Assembly: GCA_964524035.1 (NCBI GenBank)
Contig: CAZGBP010000006.1
Span: 1,773 to 65,772, forward strand
From: an uncultured Bifidobacteriaceae bacterium
GTDB taxonomy: Bacteria; Bacteroidota; Bacteroidia; Chitinophagales; UBA10324
Direction of reading: 5' to 3'
Length of the DNA stretch: 64,000 nucleotides
Shown here in pieces: positions 28,248 to 38,000 of this stretch. A model generated the notes under the pieces. The model was not told where the DNA came from. It saw nothing but the letters and a program-made list of their open reading frames with translations, and made no database searches. The number at the start of each line of letters is the position of its first letter. The first letter of the stretch is position 1. The position numbers and the translations under genes were made by a program.

Positions 28248-29189
28248 ATGCCATCACCATTAGAGCTTCGCATTAAAAACATACAGAAGAAATTGCAGGT
28301 ACCACAAACCGGTATTTTTGATTTACCAACCTGCAAGGCGTTTGAAGCACACCGGTCCATAAATGTTGCAGCAGGCGACCTGTTGACCCACCTTAAAGAA
28401 ATTCAAAAATCACTTGGTTTCACCGGAACACAGGTTGATGGGCAGTATGGTCCGGGTACGATTTCGCGTATTGAAATGATCTTTGACACCACCCTGCCAA
28501 CCTTGCCAGCAGGCACTTCAATGGTTGTTTCCCGGAAAGGTTTGGAAGCGATTATTGAATACGAGGTGAGCAGCAAAAAGAATTATAACAACAAATTGAA
28601 AACGCCCATGTGGCCTGGTGGAGAAAGTGGGGTTACCATCGGCATCGGTTATGATCTTGGCCATAACTCCGCTGAAAAAATTACAAACGACTGGAAAAAA
28701 CACCTTTCGGCGGGCGACCTTGCCAAACTCTTAAAGGTTGCAAAAATCAAGGGAGAAAAAGCAAGGTTAGCCGTATCGGATGAAATCAAGAGCGTGAGCA
28801 TACCGTATGAAGCCGCCATTGAAGTATTCAACACCGTCTCAGTACCTGAGTTTGCAAGAAAAGTGGTGGCTATCTATCCCGGTGTTGCCGCATTGCCGCC
28901 TGATGCACAAGCTGCCATCCTTTCCTTGCTATACAACAGAGGCCCTAAACTGGAAGAGGCCATTGATAAGAAAACCGGCAAGCCCGGTACCAGGAGACTG
29001 GAAATGCGGAACCTGGTGCCGCTCGTGAGCGAAAGAAATCTGAAAGCCATTGCAAATGAATTAAGAAAAATGAAAAGGCTTTGGGATGTAAATAAAGCAG
29101 GCGGACTTATCGCCAGGCGGGAAGACGAGGCAAAACTCATCGAAAATGGAACCTGGCAAATCCCCCCTTCTGACTATATTTTCGTATAA
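28248..29189 (+). CDS. peptidoglycan-binding-domain protein with a C-terminal T4-lysozyme/pesticin-like muramidase domain, no signal peptide
   Basis: N-terminal PG_binding_1-like motifs LQVPQTGIFDLPTCKAF and LGFTGTQVDGQYGPGTISRI. The C-terminal part GLEAIIEYEVSS...GVTIGIGYDLGH...ILSLLYNRG resembles GH24/pesticin-type lysozymes. Confidence 0.7.
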   Translation: MPSPLELRIKNIQKKLQVPQTGIFDLPTCKAFEAHRSINVAAGDLLTHLKEIQKSLGFTGTQVDGQYGPGTISRIEMIFDTTLPTLPAGTSMVVSRKGLEAIIEYEVSSKKNYNNKLKTPMWPGGESGVTIGIGYDLGHNSAEKITNDWKKHLSAGDLAKLLKVAKIKGEKARLAVSDEIKSVSIPYEAAIEVFNTVSVPEFARKVVAIYPGVAALPPDAQAAILSLLYNRGPKLEEAIDKKTGKPGTRRLEMRNLVPLVSERNLKAIANELRKMKRLWDVNKAGGLIARREDEAKLIENGTWQIPPSDYIFV

Positions 29190-29254
29190 AGCCTGTTCGC
29201 GGTTATGCTATGACGACCGCTACATTTATCAAAATCCACTATATTTGAACCATC

Positions 29255-29476
29255 ATGACTTACCAAGTTGACATAATAAACCCAAAGGCAACTAAACTTC
29301 TCCAGGATCTTGCGGATCTAAACCTAATTTCTATTAAGCAAAACTCCGAAGACAGTTTTTTGAAAGTCGTAAGCAGACTTCGTGAGAAAGCTTCATCAAA
29401 TCCTCCGTCTTTAGAAGAAATTACAAAAGAAGTTGAGTTAGTAAGAGGAAAACGCTATGCCCAAAAAAAAGGATAG
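29255..29476 (+). CDS. putative type II antitoxin (small acidic/helical protein)
   Basis: 73 aa. It overlaps the start of the downstream PIN gene by 20 nt and is AT-rich. The assignment rests on context only. Confidence 0.55.
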   Translation: MTYQVDIINPKATKLLQDLADLNLISIKQNSEDSFLKVVSRLREKASSNPPSLEEITKEVELVRGKRYAQKKG

Positions 29477-29882
29477 GGTCGTTATTGATACCAATATTTG
29501 GATCAGCTTCTTACTTACCAAAGATATTTCTAAACTTGACAAATTTTTCTCAGACGAATCAATCATTTTGCTATTTAGTCAGCAACTATTGGATGAATTC
29601 ATCGAAGTCGCAAGCAGAGCAAAATTCAAAAAATATTTTACCATTATTGACCTGCAGGATTTACTACAACAAACTAGCTTCCAATCAGAGTTCATTGAAG
29701 TCAACTCAGTAATAACCCTTTCGCGTGATCCCAAAGACAACTTTCTTTTGTCTCTTGCGAAAGATGGCAAAGCTGATTACTTGCTAACTGGCGACAATGA
29801 TCTTTTAGTTTTTAAGAGATTGGGACGAACCAAAATAATAACCCTATCACAATTTCTTGTGGAAAGAAGCACGAACCGCTAA
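29457..29882 (+). CDS. PIN-domain toxin (putative toxin-antitoxin system toxin component)
   Basis: VVIDTNIWISFLL carries the first acidic residue, with later D/E positions in LLDEFIEV and LTGDNDLL. The 141-aa size is typical. Confidence 0.8.
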   Translation: MPKKKDRVVIDTNIWISFLLTKDISKLDKFFSDESIILLFSQQLLDEFIEVASRAKFKKYFTIIDLQDLLQQTSFQSEFIEVNSVITLSRDPKDNFLLSLAKDGKADYLLTGDNDLLVFKRLGRTKIITLSQFLVERSTNR

Positions 29883-30000
29883 CATGGCCTTTCCGTTAGT
29901 GGGCGCAAAATGCAGACAGAAAAAGTACAGCCTTCATTTAACTTTATTGCGGCGACGCTGCTAATGGCTTTAAATGCCCGACAACGTAAAGCCCTGCTCG

Positions 30001-31626
30001 TTAAGTAACCCTGCTGATCTGTAATTCATTGCGGCCTTTATTCAGTTTCCTGCATAATGCTGCTGCGGCATTTTGCCCGTCAATGGCTGCAGATACAATG
30101 CCACCGGCATATCCAGCCCCTTCCCCTGCCGGATACAACCCCTTTACCTCTGGATGCTCGTAGGTAAGCCGATCGCGCGGAATCCTTACAGGAGACGACG
30201 TTCGTGACTCCACCCCATGAATCACCGCTTCGTTGGTAAAGTATCCTTTCATCTTTTTTCCGAAAGCGATAAATCCTTCCTGCAGTCGGTAGGCAATAGC
30301 CATAGGAAGCAATTCATGCAACGGGGCTGGCTGTACACCGGGCAGGTATGACGTAGCCGGTATTGACGAAGATATTTTCCCGTTTACAAAATCAACCATC
30401 CGCTGAGCCGGTGCCGATTGCCTCCGGCCTCCTGCTTCAAAGGCCATTACTTCCAGGCTTTGCTGGTAAGCAAGCCCCGCCAGGCTGCCCTGCCCGGTAT
30501 AGGGCTGCAGGTCCTCCGGTTCCACCGATACGACTATCCCTGAATTTGCAAACGGGTTATTTCTTTTGGATGGTGACCAGCCGTTCACGACCACTTCACC
30601 CGGTGCCGTTGCACAAGGTGCGATGATGCCTCCCGGACACATGCAAAAAGAAAATACGCCACGCCCACCTGATTGATGCACCAGGCTGTAGGAGGCAGCC
30701 GGAAGCAACTTTCGCTTCTGCTTCACTTCTGCAAGGCTCTCACAATGGTATTGCGATCGGTCAATGAGCTCTTGCGGATGTTCCACCCGCACGCCCATTG
30801 CAAATGGTTTTGTTTCAATAAGAATGCCTTTGTTCCGGAGCAGCAGAAAAATATCCCTTGCCGAATGACCGGTTGCAAGAATCAGCTCCGTTGTTTTAAT
30901 CATTGTTTCCTTCCCATCACTGACAGAAACCGTAATTATGCCTTGCAGCTTATGGTCTTCTACCACGAAATCTTTCAGCCTGGTGTTGAAATGCACTTCA
31001 CCCCCGTTTTGAATAATCGTCTCCCTGATACGCTCTATAATTTGTGGCAGGTTATTGGTACCGATATGAGGATGGGCATCGATTAAAATGTCGGGGGCAG
31101 CACCATGTTGTACCAACAACTTCAATATTTTATCTACATCACCCCGCTTGGTACTGCGGGTATACAACTTTCCATCAGAGTAAGTACCGGCGCCCCCCTC
31201 TCCAAAACAGTAGTTGGAATCAGGGTTCACCAGGTGCGCCCTGTTTAAAAGGGCAATATCCCGCCTCCGTTCACGAACAGGTTTCCCTCTTTCAATGAGT
31301 ACCGGCCTGATGCCTTCCTGCAACAACTGTAATGCAGCAAACAGGCCCGCCGGGCCCGCACCAATTATTACAACATGCGGTGCAGGTGCAACCTGTCTGA
31401 ATGGTATAAGCCCTTCATCACCAGCCAGCGCTTCACCATCAAAATATACCCTCACCTGCAAATTGATTTTTACTTGCCGGTTCCTGGCATCAATCGAACG
31501 CCGAAGTATGCTGAATGTTGAAAAATTCTGTACTGCGGGGCCCAGCAATTTGAGGATACACGCTCTCAATAAGGTTTCATCCGCTGCCTGTTCGGGTGTA
31601 ATGGCAAGGTTAATTGTTTGCGTCAT
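30001..31626 (-). CDS. NAD(P)/FAD-dependent oxidoreductase (COG2509-like)
   Basis: Dinucleotide-binding motif VVIIGAGPAGLFAALQL, and a late GEGAGYAGGIVSAAIDG motif. Confidence 0.85.
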   Translation of the reverse strand: MTQTINLAITPEQAADETLLRACILKLLGPAVQNFSTFSILRRSIDARNRQVKINLQVRVYFDGEALAGDEGLIPFRQVAPAPHVVIIGAGPAGLFAALQLLQEGIRPVLIERGKPVRERRRDIALLNRAHLVNPDSNYCFGEGGAGTYSDGKLYTRSTKRGDVDKILKLLVQHGAAPDILIDAHPHIGTNNLPQIIERIRETIIQNGGEVHFNTRLKDFVVEDHKLQGIITVSVSDGKETMIKTTELILATGHSARDIFLLLRNKGILIETKPFAMGVRVEHPQELIDRSQYHCESLAEVKQKRKLLPAASYSLVHQSGGRGVFSFCMCPGGIIAPCATAPGEVVVNGWSPSKRNNPFANSGIVVSVEPEDLQPYTGQGSLAGLAYQQSLEVMAFEAGGRRQSAPAQRMVDFVNGKISSSIPATSYLPGVQPAPLHELLPMAIAYRLQEGFIAFGKKMKGYFTNEAVIHGVESRTSSPVRIPRDRLTYEHPEVKGLYPAGEGAGYAGGIVSAAIDGQNAAAALCRKLNKGRNELQISRVT

Positions 31627-31784
31627 CAGGGAAAGTAGTTTTCTTTCAAAAGAGCAACCCGGGGCAATATTAAATCCTGATTGTTATTCTAAGTGTTGCC
31701 GGGATTATTTATATACCCGGCCATTCCGAATACGATCAACTGCAGCGTCAGGCAAGATTGACCTGCCCAGTTTGCAAGCATTGA

Positions 31785-32810
31785 TCACAACTGCTTAAGC
31801 CCTATCATCATCTGGCGTTCAGGATCCCACAGCTTCAACCGAAAACAAGCGATAATATCGGAAGGATTCAGCGATGTCTTTTTTGCTGATTGCAGTTCCG
31901 GTAATGCTGCCATTACTTCAGGCAGGCGGTAGAAAGGGATGCGTGAATTAATATGATGGATATGATGATAACCGATGTTCGCGGTAACCCATTTCCAGAA
32001 AAAATTCATTTCCATATAGCTCGAAGATTCGAGCGCTGCATGGTCATAACTCCATTCAATATCTTCTTTGAAAGTGACACCGGGAAAGTTATGCTGCGCA
32101 TAAAAAAGGTAAGCTCCCATGGCACAGGCAATGGCAAATGGAATACAGATAGAAAGGAGCCAGACCTGCCAGCCAAAAAAGATTATAGTCAATACGCTGA
32201 TTGCAAAATGGAGTATTACGGCAATCATGGAATCCCAGTGCTTACCGGGGCTGCTTAGAAATGATTGAATGGTCATCCCATATAGAAACACGGAAATATA
32301 GCCCATGAGTATTGTAAGCGGATGGCGGATGGCAAGGTAGCCGATCTGCTGTGGCCTCGAACACTTCAGGTATTTCTCTTTTGTAAAAATCGGGAAAGAA
32401 CCAATGCTTGCGGTATACAACCTTGAATTGTGTGCATGGTGGTAGTCATGTGTTCGTTTCCAAATACTGGTGGGCACTAAAATAAGGATGCCAAAAACGG
32501 TAAATAACCAGTCTGCAGTTATCGATTTGGTAAGTATGGAATGGTGCTGATGATCATGGTAAATTACAAACAAACGCACCAGAACGAAACCCGCCAGGAC
32601 ACTGCAGGCTAATCTTCCCAACAGGTAGGGCACCAGTACCGTGCCTGCAAAAAGCGCGATCAGTATTACGATGGTAGATATGGTGAAATACCAGCTCTTC
32701 CAGCGAATCTCCTTCGCGTATGGTTTAGTGGCCAGTATGAGTTCTTTACCTTGCAGCATTGATTTCAAAGAGCGTGCAAGGTACGAAAAATCCGGCGCGG
32801 GCGGAGACAT
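31785..32810 (-). CDS. membrane fatty acid desaturase
   Basis: Three histidine boxes (HDHQHH, HDYHHAH, HHIHH) with intervening TM segments. Confidence 0.85.
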   Translation of the reverse strand: MSPPAPDFSYLARSLKSMLQGKELILATKPYAKEIRWKSWYFTISTIVILIALFAGTVLVPYLLGRLACSVLAGFVLVRLFVIYHDHQHHSILTKSITADWLFTVFGILILVPTSIWKRTHDYHHAHNSRLYTASIGSFPIFTKEKYLKCSRPQQIGYLAIRHPLTILMGYISVFLYGMTIQSFLSSPGKHWDSMIAVILHFAISVLTIIFFGWQVWLLSICIPFAIACAMGAYLFYAQHNFPGVTFKEDIEWSYDHAALESSSYMEMNFFWKWVTANIGYHHIHHINSRIPFYRLPEVMAALPELQSAKKTSLNPSDIIACFRLKLWDPERQMMIGLKQL

Positions 32811-32823
32811 TGATCTCAGGAAA

Positions 32824-32990
32824 GTGTACGACGAATTGGATATAGATTATAAGGACAATTAAGAAAGTGAGTGAAATAGCATAATAAATACAGTATAGCC
32901 AGTGCTCGGCTTCGCAGCAGCCATTTAACCATTCAGCAATTTAACCCACCAACCAATGCCTGACAAGATGAACGAATTGTCGTACACCCG
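32824..32990. repeat. dispersed intergenic element, copy A: inverted termini plus three 8-bp ATTTAACC-type units
   Basis: Block-by-block homology to 51783-51994. Termini are GTGTACGACGAATT (32824-32837) and AATTGTCGTACAC (32975-32987). Internal units lie at 32923-32946. No ORF. Confidence 0.85.
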
Positions 32991-33192
32991 CTCCGGTAGA
33001 GCAATACATTCCACAGCAGTTAATTTGAATTTTTAAAATGGAGCGTTGCAATTTCCAACAGTTGATTTTCCGTACAACACGAAAGGGCTATTCTGCCATT
33101 TTATGATTCATGCTTAACCTTAACTGCTCTAAAAAATCATGGTAAATTTGAATTGACAGCAGTAACCATGACCGAATGCTTAATCGTCTGTA

Positions 33193-34128
33193 TTAGATAC
33201 CGGATGGCCGCTTATGCTTCCATCTCCGGTGACTCCACAACCAGATAGATGGATATTGTTGTATGTCGCTTTCCAGTTTCCGCGTATGCGCTTCTGAAAT
33301 TTCACCATCCCTGGTATCCTTAGGTGATTCAAAAAGCGTCTCCGCTGCAATCCGGTAATAGCCACGTTTCGCTCTATACACGCTGGCATACACTACAGGA
33401 TAATTCAGCTTTCTAGCTATAGCTTCGGTGCCCCAAAATACAGGAGTATCCTGGTGCAGGAAGGTCGTCCAATAGGCCTTTTCCGGCGATGGCGTTTGAT
33501 CGGCAATAAATGCCGTGCTGCTGATTTCATTACGGTTACGTACCATTTCCTTAAAAGTATCCTGCATGGCAATGAGCTTTGTTCCAAATCGCATCCGCAT
33601 GTCAACAATGAGTTTATTATAGTACGGATTCACCAGCGGATGATAGATCACATACAATTGTTGCCTGCATTGAAGGCTGAAAGCATTACCCGCCCACTCC
33701 CAGTTTCCAAAATGCCCCATCACGATGATGATACTTTTTTTCAATTGAAAATAATGATCGAACAATTGCAGGGCGGAAGCATCGAACGTGCAATGCCTGA
33801 GTGCAAACGATCTGCTCATGGTAAGCGTCTTGAATGTTTCCAGAAAAAGATCGCAGAGGTAATGATAAAAATCGCGCATTACAACAGCACGTTCCGCTTC
33901 GGACTTATCAGGAAATGATTTACGCAAATTTTCTTCTACCACTTTTCTGCGGTAGCCAATTACCCGGAACAACAGAAAACAAATAAAATCCGAAAGTGCA
34001 TACAACATCCATTGTGGCAAAACGGAGATGAGATACAGAAAAGGAAGTGCGAGGTAGAAACCGATGGCTTGCATTACAGCCGCTAAGGTATTGCGAAGAT
34101 TCGAGTTTGAGGCCACACGAGGATTCAT
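33193..34128 (-). CDS. lipid A biosynthesis (LpxL/HtrB-type) lysophospholipid acyltransferase family protein
   Basis: N-terminal TM region, then MGHFGNWEW (the HX4D/E-type acyltransferase motif region). Start is uncertain: ATG at 34128 or 34074. The track's 34149 start is a TTG. Confidence 0.75.
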   Translation of the reverse strand: MNPRVASNSNLRNTLAAVMQAIGFYLALPFLYLISVLPQWMLYALSDFICFLLFRVIGYRRKVVEENLRKSFPDKSEAERAVVMRDFYHYLCDLFLETFKTLTMSRSFALRHCTFDASALQLFDHYFQLKKSIIIVMGHFGNWEWAGNAFSLQCRQQLYVIYHPLVNPYYNKLIVDMRMRFGTKLIAMQDTFKEMVRNRNEISSTAFIADQTPSPEKAYWTTFLHQDTPVFWGTEAIARKLNYPVVYASVYRAKRGYYRIAAETLFESPKDTRDGEISEAHTRKLESDIQQYPSIWLWSHRRWKHKRPSGI

Positions 34129-34200
34129 TGCCTGGCCGGTTTGCACCAAACAGATGGCATCAGCTATCGGTCAAAAACGCTAATCTTACAGAAAAAAAGT

Positions 34201-34827
34201 ATGCGATTCATCTATTCATTACTAGTGGCATTGGTGATCAGCCAGGTTTATGCGTTTGGGCAACAGAAACTCAGTAGCCGTGATCTTGTGATGCTAAAGG
34301 CGTATATGAGCGGCAGCTTCAGCAGTGAACAGCAATCCAAAGAGGACAGCAATTTTTTCGATATCCGTTTGCATATGACTCCTGTCTGGAGTGACCGGAA
34401 AGACGGGTTCTGGCTCTATGTAGAACAGGCCACCGCATCTTCGCAAGACAAGCCGTATCGCCAACGGGTCTATCATGTGCAGCTTCTGAATGACAGCCTG
34501 ATCACCAGTGAAGTTTTTGAAATGAAAAATCCGCTCCGGTTTGCCGGCGAATGGAAAAAAGAAAATCCGCTGGCATCGTTAACACCTGACTCGTTACAGG
34601 CAAGATCAGGCTGCACCATTTTCCTCCGTAAAGACATGCACGACCACTTCTATGGCGAAACACCGGGCAAAACATGCATCAGCAACCTGAAAGGTGCCGC
34701 CTATGCTACTTCTGAAGTTGTTATTCAGCCTTATTTGCTGCTAAGCTGGGACAGAGGCTGGGACGCAAAAAGCAAGCAGGTCTGGGGTTCAGAAAAAGGC
34801 GGCTACCGGTTTGTAAAACAGAAATAA
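34201..34827 (+). CDS. CpcT/CpeT-like (chromophore-lyase fold, lipocalin-like) secreted protein
   Basis: Signal peptide MRFIYSLLVALVISQVYAFGQ at the ATG at 34201. MSGSFSSEQQSKEDSNFFDIRLHMTPVW...GFWLYVEQA...PYRQRVYHV resembles the CpcT/CpeT domain. Confidence 0.6.
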   Translation: MRFIYSLLVALVISQVYAFGQQKLSSRDLVMLKAYMSGSFSSEQQSKEDSNFFDIRLHMTPVWSDRKDGFWLYVEQATASSQDKPYRQRVYHVQLLNDSLITSEVFEMKNPLRFAGEWKKENPLASLTPDSLQARSGCTIFLRKDMHDHFYGETPGKTCISNLKGAAYATSEVVIQPYLLLSWDRGWDAKSKQVWGSEKGGYRFVKQK

Positions 34828-34894
34828 TCCATAGAAACACGATAGGCAAAAGAACAAATCCAGGCAAAACACATTCCACTCATACACCACCTAA

Positions 34895-34944
34895 CAATTT
34901 AACAATGAAGCAATTTAACCATTTTGCCATTTAACCATTTGACC
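34895..34944. repeat. ATTTAACC-type 8-bp microsatellite patch
   Basis: CAATTTAAC at 34895, then ATTTAACC ATTTTGCC ATTTAACC ATTTGACC at 34913-34944. This is the same unit as inside the dispersed element, without its flanks. Confidence 0.8.
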
Positions 34945-35048
34945 AATACTACAAAACCCTTACTACTCAAAAAACTCCCCTTCCCTTTCCCCACCGCCCA
35001 AGTTATCCACACATTGCAAACACCCCTATTTTCATAGAGGAAGTACTC

Positions 35049-35056
35049 TAATTTTG
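35049..35056 (+). promoter_or_regulatory. Bacteroidetes -7 promoter box TAATTTTG for smc
   Basis: Exact TAnnTTTG 26 nt upstream of the GTG start at 35082. Confidence 0.45.
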
Positions 35057-35081
35057 CAATTTATTCTAAATCTGATACCAA

Positions 35082-38000
35082 GTGCGTTTAATCAACCTCG
35101 AGATTAAGGGATTCAAGAGTTTTGCCGATAAAACCGTCATTAATTTCAATGATAATGTAACAGGTGTTGTTGGTCCTAACGGCTGCGGCAAATCCAATGT
35201 GGTAGATGCCATACGCTGGGTGTTAGGTGAACAAAAAACCTCCATGCTCCGGTCGGAGAAGATGGAAAACATCATCTTCAACGGTACTAAAAACAGGAAG
35301 GCCTCCTCCCTCGCAGAAGTTTCGCTTACTTTTGAAAACAACCGCAACCTCCTTCCTACCGAATTTCATACAGTAACCATCAGCCGTCATTACTATCGCA
35401 ATGGTGACAGCGAATATAAACTCAATGGCATCACCTGCAGGCTGAAAGACATCACGTCTCTTTTCCTCGACACAGGCATCAGCAGCGATTCCTATGCAAT
35501 TATTGAGTTGGGTATGGTGGATGAAATTCTAAACGACAAAGATCATTCACGCCGTAAGCTTTTTGAGCAGGCTGCCGGTATTTCAAAGTATAAGGCACGG
35601 AAGAAAGAAACCCTGAACAAACTTGAAGCAACACAGCTGGACCTTAATCGTGTCGATGACCTGTTATTTGAAATAGAGAACAACCTGAAAGCGCTGGAGA
35701 GCCAGGCCCGCAAAACAGAACGGTATTATAAACTGAAAGAAGAATACCGCAACCTGAGCATTGAGTTAGCCCTTTTCACGCTGGAAAGTTTCAAGAAATC
35801 ATTTGATACCCTTCAACTGCAACAGCAACAGGAAGAAGACAAGAAACTGAAACTGGAAACAGATGCTGTCATGCAGGAAGCAACCCTGGCGCAGGAAAAA
35901 ACGGATAACATCAACAAGGAAAAGCAAATGCTTGCCCGGCAGCGCGAACTGAATGTATTCGTTACCGCCATCAAACAAAAAGAAAACGAAAAAAACATCT
36001 TATCTGAAAACCTGAAATTTCAGCGCGACAAAAGAGAAAGCCTGCACGCACAAAATCAAAAGGCGGCCGCCGACCTCCAGGAAATTGCCACCGGCATTGA
36101 AGCCTTTCAGCAACAGAAAACAACGGAGCATACCAACTTCAATTCATTCTCGCAGGAGTTGGATATCGCCAAACAGGTGCTTGAAAATATCCGGGCCGAA
36201 CATGGAGGTATTAAGATCAGGCTCGAAGAACAAACCAATGTGATGCGCGAACTGGATCGCGAGATAGCAGAAACTGAAAAAAACATTACCATACGCGATG
36301 TACAGCAGCAAAACCTGCAGCAGGAAAAGGAACGCGGAGAAATGGAATTTTCCCAACGCCATCAGGAGCATGCTGAATTTCAAAAACAATTACAGTCGTT
36401 ACGGGAAGAAGAACAGTTAAAGAAACAGGTATTACTCGAACTGACAGAAGCAGGTGATACCCTGCAAACTCAAATAAATGCGGTAGCGGAAGAACTGGAA
36501 GGAGCCCGGGAAGAATTGAGAAGCATCCACCGCAACCTCGACGCACGTCAGAATGAATTCAACCTGACGAAGAGTTTTATCGACAATATGGAAGGATTTC
36601 CGGAGTCGATAAAATTTCTGAAACAACATCCGGAATGGGCCACGCATGCCCCGTTGCTTTCCGATATCATTTCCTGTCCCGCTGAATTCAGGGTAGCCAT
36701 TGAAAATTTTCTGGACCAATACCTGAACTTCTATGTTGTGGCTGATATGAATGATGCCATGAATGCAGTGAACCTGCTGAGCGCTTCCGCAAAAGGGCGC
36801 GCTAATTTTTTTGTTTTAAATGATTTTGAAGATACTGTTGCCCGTTCGTTCAATACGCCTCCCTCTGCCATTGCCGCATTGGATATTGTGGAAGCAGAAC
36901 CTAAATACCGCAAACTGGTGGCTTTCCTGCTTTCCGGCGCTTGTATCCTGCGCGATGAGCATCAGACAGAACTGGGACAGTTTGAAAAGGGACTTTCCAT
37001 CATTTCCAGAAGCGGAAAATTCATACGCACGCCCATGGGACTATCGGGCGGACAGGTGGGTTCCTTCTCAGGAAAACGATTAGGACGGATCAAAAATCTC
37101 GCTGCCCTGGAAGCGGAAATTGCGCAGGCAAAAGAAACTGCAGAACGGCTGCAGCTTCGAATTCAAAATCTGCAGGCGGAACTGATCACGCTGAAGAACT
37201 CATCAAAAGATACAGAACTTGACGATGTACGGGAACAGCATAACATAGTTAAAAACCGGTTGGCCACCATTCTGACCAGGATAGAAAATATTGAGCACTT
37301 TTTTGTTACTCATCAATCACGCAGGGAAAATATTGAGGCAAAAATTGAAGAGCTTGAAAAAGAAAAATCGCACTATATCAGTGCACTGAGGATCCATCAC
37401 GACAAAAAAAGCGGCTTGCAGCAATCACTCGATGAGCTAACTGCTGCCTTCAATGCCATTGAACTGAAACTCAGCGAAACATCACAGTCTTATAATGCAA
37501 GCCATATTCAGTTTGTACAACAGCAAAACAAAGTTACGGCCATTGACCGCGAACTGGAATTTAAGACCCAGCAATCTGCGATTACCGAACAGCTGATCAC
37601 GAGCAACCAGGCAGAGTTGGACAGGGCAATTGCTGCCATAGCCGATATCGAACAAAAGCTGTCGCTGTCAGAAACCGCTGTGATACATGATTATGCTGAG
37701 AAGGAAAAGATGGAACAAGAGGTAGCCGCCGCGGAACAGGTTTATTATGAAAGCAGGGCACGAATCAATGACCTGGAAGAGCACCTGAAAAGTATTACAA
37801 AGAGCAAGGAACTGGTTGATGTTTTGCTCGGGCAGATACGTGAGCAAACTACAGAACTGAAACTGCAACTCAATTCGCTTAAAGACAGGCTGGCTATTGA
37901 ATTTAAGGTGGAAATCGAATCACTGATGGACCGCAATGCCAACCCGGATCTGAACCAGGATGAGTTGCTTCAAAAATCAGAGAAGATTAAAAACCGAATT

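Noticed and set aside
31214-31798. 194-aa plus-strand ORF opposite the FAD-dependent oxidoreductase
   Set aside because: It is antisense to a gene with a clear GAGPAG dinucleotide-binding motif. The translation is Ser/Cys/Arg-rich and low in information.
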